Below, piece after piece: positions 62,628 to 64,000 of a stretch of 64,000 bases of DNA. This DNA comes from an uncultured Gemmatimonadales bacterium (GTDB taxonomy: Bacteria; Gemmatimonadota; Gemmatimonadetes; Gemmatimonadales; GWC2-71-9): contig CAWGED010000019.1 of assembly GCA_963821525.1 (NCBI GenBank), positions 480,001 through 544,000 on the forward strand, written 5' to 3'. The translations under genes and the position numbers were made by a program. Numbering within the stretch: the first letter of the stretch is position 1; the number at the start of each line of letters is the position of its first letter. The notes below the pieces were generated by a model. It was not told where the DNA came from and did no database searches. It worked only from the letters and a program-made list of their open reading frames with translations.

Positions 62628-63398
62628 TCAAACCGAAATAGCTCCTGCCCTGGCCAGGAGCTCGGCGAGTGGTGGTGAGCCAGGTCCCACAAAGCCAGTC
62701 CAGCTTGCCGCGGCCGAGCTGCCGATCCGATCGGCGCCGGCCGCCAGCATTTGAAGGGCATCCTCCGCTTTCCGAATTCCGCCCGACGCCTTTACACCCA
62801 TCGCGGTCCCTACGACCTGTCGCATCGCCGCGACGGCGGCGACAGTCGCGCCGCCGGCAGAATGAAAGCCGGTCGAAGTCTTCACAAAGCGGGCGCCGCT
62901 TCGCAGTGCCACGCGGCAGGCGTGCTCCAGCTCGGAAGGCGAGAGGAGCGCGCTCTCCAGGATCGCCTTGACTGGCGTGCCGCCCGCGGCTTCCACGACT
63001 CGGCCCAGATCTTCCTCCACCGCCATCCAGTTTCCGGCGCGGGCCTCGCCAAGGGCAATCACCATGTCCAACTCGGCTGCCCCGTCTCCCACTGCCAGCT
63101 CGGCCTCGGCGGCCTTCGCGGTGGTGGACATGGCACCAAGAGGAAATCCGATCACCGAGGCCACCTTCACGCTCGCGCCACCGAGGCGGCGCACACATTC
63201 CCTGACCCAGGCACCGTTGACGCAGACAGCACCGAACCGAAGCTGTACGGCTTCATCGCAGAGGCGCGCGATGTTCTCTGCCGTGGCTTCGGGACGGAGC
63301 AGCGTGTGATCTACCAGGAGGCCCATCCCTTCCCCATCGGCGAGGCCGGCAAGCCAGGGGAAGCGGGCAGCGAAGAGGGATGGAACGGGATGCCTCAC
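62628..63398 (-). CDS. deoC: Deoxyribose-phosphate aldolase
   Basis: DHTLL, VIGFPLG, ELDMV, KAILE, FVKTSTGF, VKASGGI, RIGSS; GTG start overlapping the rhomboid stop is inferred. Confidence 0.94.
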   Translation of the reverse strand: MRHPVPSLFAARFPWLAGLADGEGMGLLVDHTLLRPEATAENIARLCDEAVQLRFGAVCVNGAWVRECVRRLGGASVKVASVIGFPLGAMSTTAKAAEAELAVGDGAAELDMVIALGEARAGNWMAVEEDLGRVVEAAGGTPVKAILESALLSPSELEHACRVALRSGARFVKTSTGFHSAGGATVAAVAAMRQVVGTAMGVKASGGIRKAEDALQMLAAGADRIGSSAAASWTGFVGPGSPPLAELLARAGAISV

Positions 63399-64000
63399 AC
63401 GAAGCGGGCGACGCGACGATGCTCTGCGAGGAGCTCCGGATTGCGGAAGATCGGAGTGAGGAGCAGTCCCGCGGCGAACCCGCCGACGTGAGCCCAGAAG
63501 GCGACACCACCGCCTTCCTGCGGCATGCTGCCTCCCAACAGCTGCAGCACAAACCAGTAGCCCAGCATGAAGAAGGCGGGGATGTCCATGAAGAACACGA
63601 AGACGAAGGTCCTGATCCGGGCGTGGGGATACAACAGGACGTAGGATCCCATCACTCCGCCGATAGCGCCGGACGCGCCGACCATTGGAACCGCTGACGA
63701 GGGTCCCGCGGCCACCTGCGTCGCGACCGCCGCGAGGCCGCAGAGCAAGTAGAAAATCACGAATCGTCCCCGGCCCATCGCGTCCTCGACGTTGTTCCCG
63801 AAGACCCAAAGGAACCACATGTTGCCGATCAGGTGGAGCCAACTCCCGTGCAGGAACATCGAGGTGAGGACGGCATACCAGGAGAAGCCCGGCGTGACGA
63901 CGCAGCTCATCCCCTGGCCCATCGGGATCTCGAAGCCGACTGGAAGCCGGTGCAGAAACTCCCCCGGAATGAGCCCTAACTCGCAAACCGATTGACTGAG
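63395..64000 (-). CDS. Rhomboid intramembrane serine protease, 5' truncated by window edge
   Basis: SMFLHGSWLHLIGNM, GASG, AFWAHVGGF; frame open to 64000. Confidence 0.93.
   Translation of the reverse strand, partial: LSQSVCELGLIPGEFLHRLPVGFEIPMGQGMSCVVTPGFSWYAVLTSMFLHGSWLHLIGNMWFLWVFGNNVEDAMGRGRFVIFYLLCGLAAVATQVAAGPSSAVPMVGASGAIGGVMGSYVLLYPHARIRTFVFVFFMDIPAFFMLGYWFVLQLLGGSMPQEGGGVAFWAHVGGFAAGLLLTPIFRNPELLAEHRRVARFV

Noticed and set aside
63399..63986. N-terminal extension of DeoC (452-aa ORF)
   Set aside because: Alternative frame within the rhomboid gene

Overview
GC-rich bacterial chromosome segment. Gene content and style suggest Gemmatimonadota, which is an inference. Most of the window is housekeeping: nfo, pckG, HD phosphohydrolase, PP2C with a triple-FHA protein, ABC exporter, uvrA, DAHP synthase, Fpg/Nei-like glycosylase, tRNA-Asn, holB, moaC, two lytic transglycosylases, ilvE, tRNA-Lys, bioBAD, an M1 aminopeptidase, ffh-rpsP-rimM-trmD-rplS-rnhB, pilD, trmH, thiD and a purine-salvage operon. 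A large phosphate cluster follows (arsR-phoB-phoR, PAP2, GT4, phosphodiesterase, porin, pstSCABB-phoU-ppx), then deoC and a rhomboid protease. Many genes, including normally essential holB and trmD, carry apparent frameshifts, most likely consensus indel errors. The most notable accessory feature is a ~5 kb islet (26959-32000) bounded by an exact 23-bp duplication of the bioD 3' end. It carries a peptidoglycan-binding/Clp-N/KAP NTPase fusion (candidate defence gene) and an integrase-less fragment of an integron cassette array with recognisable attC sites. Also notable are sequence-diverse 7-mer and 9-mer tandem-repeat hairpins at gene ends (one in-frame inside an ABC transporter) and a palindrome-rich, AT-richer intergenic region at ~16.1 kb.
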